From: a virus
Reading direction: 5' to 3' (one strand)
Length of the DNA: 64,000 bases
Virus record (IMG/VR): IMGVR_UViG_3300029121_000001
The notes below the pieces were generated by a model. That model saw only the letters and a list, made by a program, of their open reading frames with translations. It did no database searches and was not told the DNA's origin. Positions within the stretch are counted from its first letter, which is position 1. Each line of letters begins with the position of its first letter. The translations under genes were made by a program, and so were the position numbers. This document shows positions 54,650-63,996 of this stretch, piece by piece.

Positions 54650-54671
54650 TCAAAGATTTTATAATCTTTGA
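54650..54671. promoter_or_regulatory. Perfect 9-bp-arm palindrome in the polB divergent control region
   Basis: TCAAAGATT-ttat-AATCTTTGA lies 36 nt upstream of the polB start, between divergently transcribed genes. Confidence 0.4.
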
Positions 54672-54747
54672 AATTCTACACTTCATAATAAATAGATTTC
54701 TCTATTCTCATTCAAATTTATAATACATGTATAAAGGAGATTTTAAT

Positions 54748-55767
54748 ATGGCTATCTCTTTCCCTAGGGTTCCCAATATGGTAGATGAACATCAGAGTTA
54801 TACCACTGATGGTAAGCCTCAAAATCAGAGTTCATCTGTAATTATGTCTACTGATTCTGATACTAAAGTTATTCCTAATTTTTCTAGCCTAGTTGATAGC
54901 AATGTACCTGTTCCTATTACTGTAGATCCATCTACTGTAGTTACAGATATTAATGCTCCTTCTAAAAAGAAAAAGTCCAGAAAAAAGAAAGATGATGAAG
55001 ATGTAGAAACAGATAAGATTTCTCCTAGAGAAGAAGTCGAAAACACTGTTTATGCAGACGAATATAGTGATACAAATGCTATGACTAATACTATTATTGC
55101 TCAAGCTGATGGTATTATCATGGATTGTGCTCAAGATATTGCTTTTATGAAATCTCAGAGATCTATGAAAGGCAAGTATCACTATATCAATGAAACTCGT
55201 GCTGCTATGAATTCTGCACTATCTACTAAGCTTGCTGCTATTAAAGAGCGTAATGCTACAACTAAGGCAATCATTGATAATAACTATCGTCGTTATAAAG
55301 ATATGCGTGCTCTTGATCAGACTGATGATAATAAAGCAATCATGGATGCATATTCTGCATTTATTTCTGCACCTGTTGGAGCACCTGCATATATCCTGCC
55401 TAATACTAGCTCTATGACAGGTGGTATTGGAGTTATTAGATCTGATTATCCTCCTCAGATCCAAGCTGGTGTTGATGCAGGAATGAATAACTTTATGAAT
55501 CATTTAACTCCTGAACAGAATCTAATGCTTAATGATAATAACCCTGATATCGAAGAAGTTATTGTATATGATCAAGCTACAGGAGCTAAGTATTTCCAGT
55601 GGATGAATACTAAAACTGGTGAAACTATTCCTAATATGCCTATCACATCTAATCTAATTCTTGAAGACTATACTATTGATCCTCGTACTCATCTTGCCAA
55701 AAACACTAATCTTAATTCTATTAAGAAGGTTGTTGTCATTAACAACGGAGAATTTAACAATTTTTAA
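54748..55767 (+). CDS. Hypothetical protein (339 aa from ATG 54748)
   Basis: AAAGGAG RBS before ATG 54748. K/E-rich stretch 'KKKKSRKKKDDEDVE'. Confidence 0.6.
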   Translation: MAISFPRVPNMVDEHQSYTTDGKPQNQSSSVIMSTDSDTKVIPNFSSLVDSNVPVPITVDPSTVVTDINAPSKKKKSRKKKDDEDVETDKISPREEVENTVYADEYSDTNAMTNTIIAQADGIIMDCAQDIAFMKSQRSMKGKYHYINETRAAMNSALSTKLAAIKERNATTKAIIDNNYRRYKDMRALDQTDDNKAIMDAYSAFISAPVGAPAYILPNTSSMTGGIGVIRSDYPPQIQAGVDAGMNNFMNHLTPEQNLMLNDNNPDIEEVIVYDQATGAKYFQWMNTKTGETIPNMPITSNLILEDYTIDPRTHLAKNTNLNSIKKVVVINNGEFNNF

Positions 55768-55776
55768 AAAAATAAA

Positions 55777-55803
55777 TGGGAGAGACTTATTGGGTCTCTC
55801 CCA
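55777..55803. terminator. Bidirectional terminator
   Basis: TGGGAGAGAC / GTCTCTCCCA stem with A and T runs, between convergent genes. Confidence 0.7.
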
Positions 55804-55807
55804 CTTT

Positions 55808-56368
55808 TTATTTGCCGTATCCCATTGTCAGAATCTGATGAATGATATCATCATAATGAGAAGCACCAGATGCTTTAAGCATACGAATCGATTCTTCAAC
55901 ATTGGTCATTGTTGTCACGTCAAAGATTGTATCTCCAAGAACCATAACAACTTTTTCACAATATATTTCGTCGAAGAACTCACATCCGTACACAAATAGA
56001 GTATGGAAACATTGAGCAACCAAAGAATTTGATGCATCCCAATACATGATATCTTTATTCTCAATATATTTATTGGAAATAAGATAATCGGTGAGGCTCA
56101 TCAAATATCTTGGCCACAACTCTTTGATTCTGATAATTTTTAGAGTTGTATTTTCAGAATGAATCCCATATAATTCCTGCTTGAAATCGATCAATGTCGA
56201 ATCTGGAATTCCTCTCCAAACAACAATGCATACGAAGATTGGTTCATTGTACTCAGCTGTTTTGGAGATAACAGAATTGATTGGGAAACTCACTGTTCCT
56301 GTATCATCCTCAGGAGCATATTTGAATAACTCTGGAGCAGTATTCAAATACGCAAAGTATCTTTTCAT
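55808..56368 (-). CDS. Hypothetical protein (186 aa)
   Basis: ORF with ATGA overlap to the upstream gene. Somewhat GC-richer than average. Confidence 0.55.
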   Translation of the reverse strand: MKRYFAYLNTAPELFKYAPEDDTGTVSFPINSVISKTAEYNEPIFVCIVVWRGIPDSTLIDFKQELYGIHSENTTLKIIRIKELWPRYLMSLTDYLISNKYIENKDIMYWDASNSLVAQCFHTLFVYGCEFFDEIYCEKVVMVLGDTIFDVTTMTNVEESIRMLKASGASHYDDIIHQILTMGYGK

Positions 56369-56640
56369 TTTACTTCCTCCTTTTCAATAAGTAATTCAAT
56401 GGCTTTATGGCCAATACCAAACGGCATGATATTATCATACCGAACAAATTTGATGACATAATCATCAGGGCCTTTTTCTCCACTGTATTCGATATCGAAC
56501 ACGGAGCCAGGTTTTACTTCCGGATAGTAACAGCAGTAAGAATTATTAATGCTGTCACGATGAATGCTAAAGTTATGATTATAAAAGAAATTATAATCAC
56601 CAAACTTGCCTTCACCGTACCGATTAAAACGAATTCGCAT
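56365..56640 (-). CDS. Hypothetical protein (91 aa from ATG 56640)
   Basis: GGAGG RBS precedes the internal ATG ('MRIRFNRYG...'). The track's longer start lacks an RBS. Confidence 0.5.
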   Translation of the reverse strand: MRIRFNRYGEGKFGDYNFFYNHNFSIHRDSINNSYCCYYPEVKPGSVFDIEYSGEKGPDDYVIKFVRYDNIMPFGIGHKAIELLIEKEEVK

Positions 56641-56734
56641 TTTCAAAACCTCCAAAAATTTATATTCCGGAGCGAAATATTTCATTCACTCTCATATTTA
56701 TTATATCTATTTAAATTGAATTAAATAAAAATAA

Positions 56735-56761
56735 TCCGAGAGGGTTGTATATCCTCTCGGA
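56735..56761 (-). terminator. Intrinsic terminator after the Rad50-like gene
   Basis: TCCGAGAGG / CCTCTCGGA stem with a T run on the minus strand. Confidence 0.65.
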
Positions 56762-56770
56762 ATTTATCTA

Positions 56771-59533
56771 TTATTGCTCTATTCTGATACCTGTATGAGA
56801 ACAGATAATTCTAGTAGTGGATTGCGTATCAAATTCCATGTTATGCGAACAAATAATACATTGCTCACTTCCCATGAAATCTAGAATAGTATTTAGAACA
56901 TTAATGAACATAATTCTATTCTGTTGATCAAGGCCACCATCGATCTCATCAAATCTAGGAATGTTATAGGTGGTACTGCTCTTCATCATTGCTACGCAAG
57001 AGAATACAAGTCCAATCATACACTTCTGTGCAGTAGATCCAGCTGCAATATCAGGAACTATGATTCCATTAGGGCCAATAAAAGGAATAGAGAATTGCTT
57101 TTCATTGATTACAGGAACCTCAAGTCTGATAGTACCATTAAACATATATCCTAGCATCTTATTGCAATCGATAATAATCTCATTCATATATCTTTTGATA
57201 TACTCTGATTGAATACCATATCCATTACCAGGATTACATGCATTTCTAATGAAAGAAATCTTTTCAAATTTACCACTAGCATCAGCGTATTCTGCTTGAT
57301 AATCTATAATACTAGCAAGGCAAAAATTGATCTTATTAATAGATTCATTGATAGGATTCAGATTTTCTTCAATCAAAGAAATATCATTCTTAATAGCATT
57401 GAGCGAATCTACTTTCTCTTTAACAAGTTTAATTTTATCTCTAACAGAATCAAATTCTTGTTTAAGAGAATCTTTACTACTAAGCATTTCTGATTTTCTT
57501 TTCATAAGCTCTAGAACAGAATCTACCACCATCCTATTATTTTTAAATTCTTCCAATAGAGATGCAAAGAATGTTACTTTTGTATTTAAGTCTTTTAATT
57601 TATCTTCTCTTTTTTTATTCTCCTTTTCACATTTATTGATTGATCTCTGAAGTCTATCAATCATATCTTTATTATTCTTATAAATTTTATAATCAGCTTC
57701 CATAGATTTAAGTTGATTAAGCAATCCTTTCAAAATAATATAGATATTAGCTTTTTCAATAAGATCACTAACAATAGAAAATTCTTCAAATCTATTATGA
57801 TTTATAATCATATCATAAATCATATTAGTAGTAAAAATCTCTTTAATAGAAGGAATCTTATTAATAGTAGACTTCTTACCTTTAATCTGAGTCATTGCCT
57901 CATCTATAAGCTGAATAATCTGTAGCATCTGATTAAATGTATGATTATCAGATTCATCAGAAGCATTCTCAGATTTTAGAACCAATATCTGACCTACAAT
58001 ATCATCTATCTTTTCTTGAGTTACCGTATCCTTCTTAGCTACATATTTTGCAATATAAGGACAAGTATCGATAGTACAATTAGTAGGTCTATTTTTAATC
58101 ATCTGGTTGACTTCTTCTAAGTCAGACTTCATCACTGTAACTTTGTCAGTAAGTCTGCCGATAGTAATAGTGCGATTATTAATGCTAGTTTGCATCTGTT
58201 GAATTCTACTCTGTAAAGTAGCCACAGACCTATTATTGAATTTAGAATAGAACTCAATACTAGAAATAAACGTATCCTCTGATCCAATATCTTCAGCCAC
58301 CTTTATATTAGAAACTAGTAAATCCAATCCTTGTTTTAATTCAGTAAGATCTTCTACAGATACTTTATCTAGAATAGAGGCATCATCATCTGTAATATAT
58401 CCACTATAAGAATCAACTTGAGACTGAATTTGTTTGATAGACTCTGCTAGGTTATCTTGAATTAAATTGGCTTTGAGAGCTTCCATTGTATTTCTGTCAT
58501 GATCTATGGTATTAGAAGCAGCTTCATTTAGAGCCATTAAAACAGATATAGAAGATTTATTATCTTCAATAGATTTAGTATAGAATGCAATTCTATTATC
58601 CAAATCATTACCTAAAGAAGTTATACTTTCAATAGTTTGATTTTCAGGAGATATCTTAAGTTTAGTGTATTCTTGTATTAAACTTGTATCAATTTGCTTT
58701 AATTCAGAAACAATAGATCCTAATCTATCCGAAATAGAAGTGTATAGATCTTGCATATGATTGTCAGGATCTATAATTCTTACTGTAGTTTCTGCTTCAG
58801 CAAGTTGTTTAATTAATTCATCTCGTCTTTCATTATAAGATTTCTTTTGAGATTCAAGTTGAGAAAGTTTCATCCTCAATTCATTCTCATTACCAAATTC
58901 ACTAAGTTTGGTATTAAGAGTATTCATATAAGACTTAAGAGAATTGGCTTTCTTAGAAATGGTCTTAAAGATATTATTATAGGTGTCAAGAGACCCTATA
59001 TACATTGCCATATATCTTCTTCTATCAGAAGGATTCATATCAACAATACCTCTGTTCTCAGAAGATATAGAAGATAGATCCAAATAGATAGGATCAATAT
59101 TTAGCATTGCATCTCTAATTTCTTTAAACGAAGAAATATTTCCATTCGGATTAAGCTCTTCTCCATTCTTAGAAATATATGCTTTATTCAGCCTATGGGT
59201 CTTACTACCATCAACAGTAGACAAGATAAGAATCTTATAATAATCTTGAGTGCCATTAGGATTAGTAGATATATAATGAATCTCTTTTTCTGCAGGATAT
59301 TCAATGATTTGTCTATTTCCATTTTCATCAATGAATACATCTGTTCTATAAGAATCATTAGAATCTACTTCAGGTGTCATTGCACCAATAATGGTAGACT
59401 TAGAACATCCATTCTCACCTTGAATAAGAACAATACGATTTCTGAATTGTGAGAAGTCTATTGCGATTTCATCAAGTCCCATACCATTTAAGACTTTGAT
59501 ATATCCTTTTAATCTAAAATATACAATCTTCAT
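56771..59533 (-). CDS. SbcC/Rad50-like recombination ATPase (T4 gp46-like)
   Basis: Walker A 'IQGENGCSKST', ~600 aa of coiled coil with central Cys pair 'NCTIDTCPY', Walker B 'IPRFDEIDGGLD' and H-loop 'IICSHN'. Confidence 0.75.
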   Translation of the reverse strand: MKIVYFRLKGYIKVLNGMGLDEIAIDFSQFRNRIVLIQGENGCSKSTIIGAMTPEVDSNDSYRTDVFIDENGNRQIIEYPAEKEIHYISTNPNGTQDYYKILILSTVDGSKTHRLNKAYISKNGEELNPNGNISSFKEIRDAMLNIDPIYLDLSSISSENRGIVDMNPSDRRRYMAMYIGSLDTYNNIFKTISKKANSLKSYMNTLNTKLSEFGNENELRMKLSQLESQKKSYNERRDELIKQLAEAETTVRIIDPDNHMQDLYTSISDRLGSIVSELKQIDTSLIQEYTKLKISPENQTIESITSLGNDLDNRIAFYTKSIEDNKSSISVLMALNEAASNTIDHDRNTMEALKANLIQDNLAESIKQIQSQVDSYSGYITDDDASILDKVSVEDLTELKQGLDLLVSNIKVAEDIGSEDTFISSIEFYSKFNNRSVATLQSRIQQMQTSINNRTITIGRLTDKVTVMKSDLEEVNQMIKNRPTNCTIDTCPYIAKYVAKKDTVTQEKIDDIVGQILVLKSENASDESDNHTFNQMLQIIQLIDEAMTQIKGKKSTINKIPSIKEIFTTNMIYDMIINHNRFEEFSIVSDLIEKANIYIILKGLLNQLKSMEADYKIYKNNKDMIDRLQRSINKCEKENKKREDKLKDLNTKVTFFASLLEEFKNNRMVVDSVLELMKRKSEMLSSKDSLKQEFDSVRDKIKLVKEKVDSLNAIKNDISLIEENLNPINESINKINFCLASIIDYQAEYADASGKFEKISFIRNACNPGNGYGIQSEYIKRYMNEIIIDCNKMLGYMFNGTIRLEVPVINEKQFSIPFIGPNGIIVPDIAAGSTAQKCMIGLVFSCVAMMKSSTTYNIPRFDEIDGGLDQQNRIMFINVLNTILDFMGSEQCIICSHNMEFDTQSTTRIICSHTGIRIEQ

Positions 59534-59709
59534 TCTGCTTTTTCACCTTCTATATTTGATAAATCTAGATCAGGAAAATCTACAGTTTCTGAATCTTGGA
59601 ACTGACTGAAGATCTGAGGATGATCAAGAACATTCTTATCTATTTTCTTCATATCTTGTATCATCTGATTTAATTCTTCTTCAGAAATATTAAAACAATC
59701 AATACTCAT
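59530..59709 (-). CDS. Small acidic protein (59 aa), ATGA-coupled to the Rad50-like gene
   Basis: AAGGAG RBS. 'MSIDCFNISEEELNQMIQDMKK...'. It falls below the track cutoff. Confidence 0.4.
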   Translation of the reverse strand: MSIDCFNISEEELNQMIQDMKKIDKNVLDHPQIFSQFQDSETVDFPDLDLSNIEGEKAE

Positions 59710-59759
59710 TGTATATACACTCCTTTATTCTGAGGTTTCAAATTTATTAAAAATAAAAA

Positions 59760-59785
59760 TGGGAGGGTATATTTCAACCCTCCCA
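59760..59785 (-). terminator. Intrinsic terminator
   Basis: TGGGAGGGT / ACCCTCCCA stem with a T run on the minus strand. Confidence 0.65.
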
Positions 59786-59793
59786 TCTTAATA

Positions 59794-60015
59794 TTAGAAG
59801 TGTGTTACTTCGAAGATTCTAGTAGCTTCACCTTCGTCATTGATTTGATCGACGGTATAATTGGTATCACCAATATGAGTCTTATACTTAGCTTTGATCT
59901 TCTTATCGACACATTCAATTGCACGATCTGCACTGAATGCATCAATGTTATAATCATGCTTAGGAATCTTATGCTCAATAGAATGCACAGTAATTACAAA
60001 ATGCTTTTTACCCAT
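59794..60015 (-). CDS. Hypothetical protein (73 aa)
   Basis: ORF with AGGAGA RBS. Confidence 0.5.
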   Translation of the reverse strand: MGKKHFVITVHSIEHKIPKHDYNIDAFSADRAIECVDKKIKAKYKTHIGDTNYTVDQINDEGEATRIFEVTHF

Positions 60016-60041
60016 TATTTTTTATCTCCTTATGTTTTATA

Positions 60042-60482
60042 TTAGTCTTCGTCCTTGAACCAATCAGCCAAGTTGAAAACAATATGAGAAATACAATTGC
60101 CATTAAGAGCAATTTTATTACTTCCTACATAATTAATGCTGAGGTCATAATTTGCAATGGCAGGATATTCATCATAGTTACTCTTGATGCTATTGACAAT
60201 CTTAGCAATACGATCGATAATATCAGGTTTAATAACTTCAATCTCAATATGATCAATAGCTTGCCAATCAATAGCGATATTGGGAGTATGCTCATTAAGC
60301 TGATTAGGATCAATATTGATAATTGTAGTATAAGTGTCATTGGGTTTAGCATCACAATTGACGATGATAGCACTGTTAATGTAATTGCTATTACCAACTA
60401 GCTGCTGATGAATATATGTTGCTATGTACATATTAACATCAGAAGTTTCAAATGTAGGATAAATGGTAATTTCGACGATCAT
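60042..60482 (-). CDS. Hypothetical protein (146 aa)
   Basis: ORF with AAGGAGAG RBS, preceded by a promoter-hairpin module. Confidence 0.55.
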   Translation of the reverse strand: MIVEITIYPTFETSDVNMYIATYIHQQLVGNSNYINSAIIVNCDAKPNDTYTTIINIDPNQLNEHTPNIAIDWQAIDHIEIEVIKPDIIDRIAKIVNSIKSNYDEYPAIANYDLSINYVGSNKIALNGNCISHIVFNLADWFKDED

Positions 60483-60511
60483 GATAGACTCTCCTTAAAA
60501 TGAATATTTGA

Positions 60512-60552
60512 GAATAGATCTTTTCTATTCTATCATAAATATAATATCTGCT
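60512..60552 (-). promoter_or_regulatory. Promoter-plus-5'-hairpin module (class 'GATATTATA')
   Basis: The minus strand reads CAGATATTATATTTATGATAGAATAGaaaagatCTATTC. Confidence 0.45.
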
Positions 60553-60567
60553 TGAAACTAAAAATAA

Positions 60568-60600
60568 AAGGTAGGTAGAGATACCGCCTCTACCTACCTT
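60568..60600 (-). terminator. Intrinsic terminator closing the 60.6-60.9 kb ORF-free region
   Basis: AAGGTAGGTAGAG / CTCTACCTACCTT stem with TTTTATTTTT on the minus strand. Confidence 0.7.
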
Positions 60601-60921
60601 ATGCATTGAGAAGTCTATTCCAGAAAACCATGATTAAGAAAACATTAAAGATCAAGATGAAATAGAAAATCCGTACAACGTGATCCCGAGAGTTTAAGGA
60701 GAAAAATGTAGATACACACAATCCAAGAGAGTTACCAAATATATTAGGCGAGTAAAGCTGAACTGATTACTTTAGCCCTTGATATAAGGAGGTTATTATG
60801 AAAAGGTATGGAACTAAATGTGAGCATAGCAAAAAGAAATTATGACCGAAACCAACCGTGAATGCTTTGCTTTTTAGGTTTAGCACTTTCTCCTCAATGC
60901 ATTATAATAAAGTGATATAGT

Positions 60922-61188
60922 TTAAATTTCAATTCCTCCTTGAATGATTTTAGCAACTCGTTCTCTAATATCTGTACCAAAATTATTAATGAAATTATTT
61001 ACTCTTTCATCATAAAGTGGTTTATATGTTAGAGGACTATTCATAGGATGATATCCAGGGCATCTATAGTGGCATCTTAAGCAAATCATTCTAATAAATA
61101 CTCTTTTATTTTCAATAGTATTATATTCAGGAACTAATTTGCTAGACCCACAATATGGGCATGTGTCATCATTATAGATGATAGCCAT
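60922..61188 (-). CDS. Small zinc-ribbon protein (88 aa from ATG 61188)
   Basis: 'CPYCG' ... 'CLRCHYRC'. AGAGGA RBS before the internal ATG. Confidence 0.5.
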   Translation of the reverse strand: MAIIYNDDTCPYCGSSKLVPEYNTIENKRVFIRMICLRCHYRCPGYHPMNSPLTYKPLYDERVNNFINNFGTDIRERVAKIIQGGIEI

Positions 61189-61260
61189 TTTATATCCTCT
61201 AGGAAATTGATTAAATCCAGAAGTAGAAGTTAAAGTATTGTTTTCCATAATAAAAAATAA

Positions 61261-61288
61261 AGTATGGTAGGAGAAGTCCTACCATACT
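61261..61288 (-). terminator. Intrinsic terminator
   Basis: AGTATGGTAGGA / TCCTACCATACT stem with a T run. Confidence 0.65.
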
Positions 61289-61313
61289 TTTGTTTAAAAG
61301 TGATTAGAATTCT

Positions 61314-62072
61314 TTATGCTTTACGGTTGACACCATCAATGAAATCTTTGAGAATACTACCAGAAACGATACCATCTCTAATATCATTAGTGCCACCATT
61401 ACCATGACGATTGATAACATCGATACATCCAGTACGGATATTATCAGGCATTTCCGTAGCAGAGAAAATCTCAAGCATATCTTCAGGAGGAACCTGATTA
61501 TCATCACGGTCGTAATTCTTAAACCACGACTTGATATTGGTCCAGGTGCAAAGAACTGCACCAAGCATCATCTCAATATCATAAGAATGAACGGTAACCA
61601 CCTTAGACTGGCAGAATCTTAGAATGCCAGAGTTTGCATCGAATTCCATATTAAGATCGGTATCGAGAATTTTGCAATACATCTTCATGATAATATCGCA
61701 TACAGTACTGAAATCTGCTTCATTCTCAAATACATAATACGGAACAGCGATCAACATAGCATTCACAAGTTCATTGTCACCAGACTTATTGATGGAAACA
61801 AACTTATCGACGTAGGCTTCTTTCAGATTCTTAACAGAGATAACATATACAGGATTAGATTTATCTCCATTATTAGCGAAGATGCCTTTATCGATAGTAA
61901 GTTCTTCGCGTTTATCAATACTAGGAACTGATTTAGAAGCAATGTCTACAGAATTATAGATAGAATCCATAATCTTAGGCATAGTTCTTGCTTTACCGTC
62001 ACCAAAATACTCTTTTGCAAGGTAATTAAGCTGACTGCAAACAGAAGTCATTACTTCGAGAATGTGTGCCAT
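61314..62072 (-). CDS. Hypothetical protein (252 aa)
   Basis: ORF with AGGAGG RBS, downstream of the beta-like gene in the same transcription direction. Confidence 0.55.
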   Translation of the reverse strand: MAHILEVMTSVCSQLNYLAKEYFGDGKARTMPKIMDSIYNSVDIASKSVPSIDKREELTIDKGIFANNGDKSNPVYVISVKNLKEAYVDKFVSINKSGDNELVNAMLIAVPYYVFENEADFSTVCDIIMKMYCKILDTDLNMEFDANSGILRFCQSKVVTVHSYDIEMMLGAVLCTWTNIKSWFKNYDRDDNQVPPEDMLEIFSATEMPDNIRTGCIDVINRHGNGGTNDIRDGIVSGSILKDFIDGVNRKA

Positions 62073-62083
62073 GAGTAACCTCC

Positions 62084-62335
62084 TTATTTAGTCGTGGGTA
62101 ATGTGTAAACGAATTGTGATCTGTATCCAGAAGCAACCACTTTACAATCAGGATATCTATTAGCGGATTTAGTAGAAATCTCTGTAAAGATTTTCTTTCT
62201 TCCATTGACAATTACTGTGCCAGGAGTAAAGATTCTTGACATCCGTCTTTCGATATCAGATCGTTCAGCAGATTGCTGTTCAGAATACAGAAAGTAAACA
62301 AAAGTATCTTTTGTTTTGTCGATATTAGCACCCAT
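62084..62335 (-). CDS. Hypothetical protein (83 aa)
   Basis: ORF with GGAGG RBS. Confidence 0.5.
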   Translation of the reverse strand: MGANIDKTKDTFVYFLYSEQQSAERSDIERRMSRIFTPGTVIVNGRKKIFTEISTKSANRYPDCKVVASGYRSQFVYTLPTTK

Positions 62336-62370
62336 ATAAAAACCTCCTTCCTTAGAATAAATTTTATTTA

Positions 62371-63996
62371 TTAGTCTGCAGAAGGAGGAATTTCTACATC
62401 TGTGGTAACATCTCCGACTCCATCGTCATCTCCTTTAGAGACTGTAGTCTCAGACAATTTGACACCTAGAGTATAATCCTTTTTACCATCGATATCGATG
62501 ATAGCAGGAATTAATCTGTGATAAGACTCAATGGTTTCTCTTACCATATCTTCTTTCACATAGTCATAAGATAGACCACAACGTTTCTTAAGATCAATAG
62601 CTTGTTGCATTCCATAAAGAGATCTAAGTTCACTCATAGTCTCAAGATAAAATTGCTTCCATCCATTAGGCTCCTTATAATCAGTAAAGGATCCATTATT
62701 GATCTTAGCCATAGGACAGATCAAACCAGACAAACCAGGATCAGAGGAAGAAGATGCATCTAGATCAACACGACCAAGCTGACTAGGATGAACGAAACGA
62801 TATACAATAGGAACTGCAGTGCCAGAACCTTGATCACCAAGGCCAGAGATTCCTTTATAGGTATAAGAGATTGCAAGTTCTGCATCATTATCATTAACTA
62901 GATCAACATAGTCAACAAGGTTAGCAGCATTAATGTTCTTCAGGATATAGTTAGGAGGAGTATCCAGAACTCTAACTACATCTTTGAAAGTAACATTTTT
63001 ACCTTTATCAGAAATACGATAAAGGCCACGAGAAATCTTCATTGCATAAATAGCAGGAAGATACTCATCTGCTTGTCTAGGATGTTTGGTAGAGATATCC
63101 ATATTATCTCTAGCTTTGAGGAAAGAGAATTCTCTCATCATCCATCTTAGAATACAATAAGAGTCTTCTTTATCTTCAGGAGGAAGTTTAATAGACTGCT
63201 TAGTTCTAATATCATAGATAGATTCGAAAGAATCCAAAACAGGAATACCTTTATCCAAGGTAGCAGACTGAAAATCTGCACCAAGCATTCTATTCCAATA
63301 TCTCGGATCATAGATATCATCGAAATTCTCAAGCTTCTTTACAGACTTAAGAATAGTATAAACAAAAGACTGAGTGACATTATCTTTATCAAACAATCTC
63401 TTGATTACAGATACAATGATCTTATGATGAGGATCAGTAAAGTTATAGAATACATTGGGATCCATAGGAGATGCATCGCCTTTAGATGTATAAATACCAT
63501 TAAGCTCAAGCATCTCTTCTGCACCATACAATCCATATCTTCCAAGAATAAACTTGATAGAATCAGTTTTCTTATTGAAGATATACGAAGTAAATAAGAC
63601 GCATCTATGAACTGTACCATCTACAATGTCCATAATATCATAAGATTCTTTATATACCTTAATGGGCATAAATTGAGTCTTTAATGTGATACTCTGGACT
63701 TTACTATTGGAAGTAGAATTATTATAGGTACTACCATCAACAATCTGAAAGATAGGATTATAATAGTTACCAAGGATTCTGAAATAATACTTATTCACAT
63801 AAATAGGTAAGATAATCAGAACTTCCAATTCGCCTTCAGATTTTTCCAACTCACCAGTCTTAGGATCAATTCTGATTTTACTTTCAGGGATATTAAGCTT
63901 AATATAGTATCTTACTTTAAGAAGCATAATATCGGAATCTCTAAGAGTGATATAATCATATTCATTGCTGACTTTCTTACCGTTTTTAGTCTTCAT
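62371..63996 (-). CDS. Multisubunit RNA polymerase beta-like subunit, N-terminal half
   Basis: 'GISGLGDQGSG...RFVHPSQLGRVDLDASSSSDPGLSGLICPMAKINNGSF' is colinear with E. coli RpoB 'ISALGPGGL...[39 protein letters not shown]'. 'ILPIYVNKYYFRILGNYYNPIFQIV' matches '[24 protein letters not shown]'. Confidence 0.75.
   Translation of the reverse strand: MKTKNGKKVSNEYDYITLRDSDIMLLKVRYYIKLNIPESKIRIDPKTGELEKSEGELEVLIILPIYVNKYYFRILGNYYNPIFQIVDGSTYNNSTSNSKVQSITLKTQFMPIKVYKESYDIMDIVDGTVHRCVLFTSYIFNKKTDSIKFILGRYGLYGAEEMLELNGIYTSKGDASPMDPNVFYNFTDPHHKIIVSVIKRLFDKDNVTQSFVYTILKSVKKLENFDDIYDPRYWNRMLGADFQSATLDKGIPVLDSFESIYDIRTKQSIKLPPEDKEDSYCILRWMMREFSFLKARDNMDISTKHPRQADEYLPAIYAMKISRGLYRISDKGKNVTFKDVVRVLDTPPNYILKNINAANLVDYVDLVNDNDAELAISYTYKGISGLGDQGSGTAVPIVYRFVHPSQLGRVDLDASSSSDPGLSGLICPMAKINNGSFTDYKEPNGWKQFYLETMSELRSLYGMQQAIDLKKRCGLSYDYVKEDMVRETIESYHRLIPAIIDIDGKKDYTLGVKLSETTVSKGDDDGVGDVTTDVEIPPSAD

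Noticed and set aside
61314-62072. 'VINRHGNGGTNDI' resembles the RNAP beta 'GRHGNKGV' motif, which suggested a beta C-terminal fragment downstream of the beta N-terminal gene.
   Set aside because: None of the flanking beta motifs (GDK..., NPLGVPSRMN) are present and the ORF ends 20 aa later. I treat it as coincidence.
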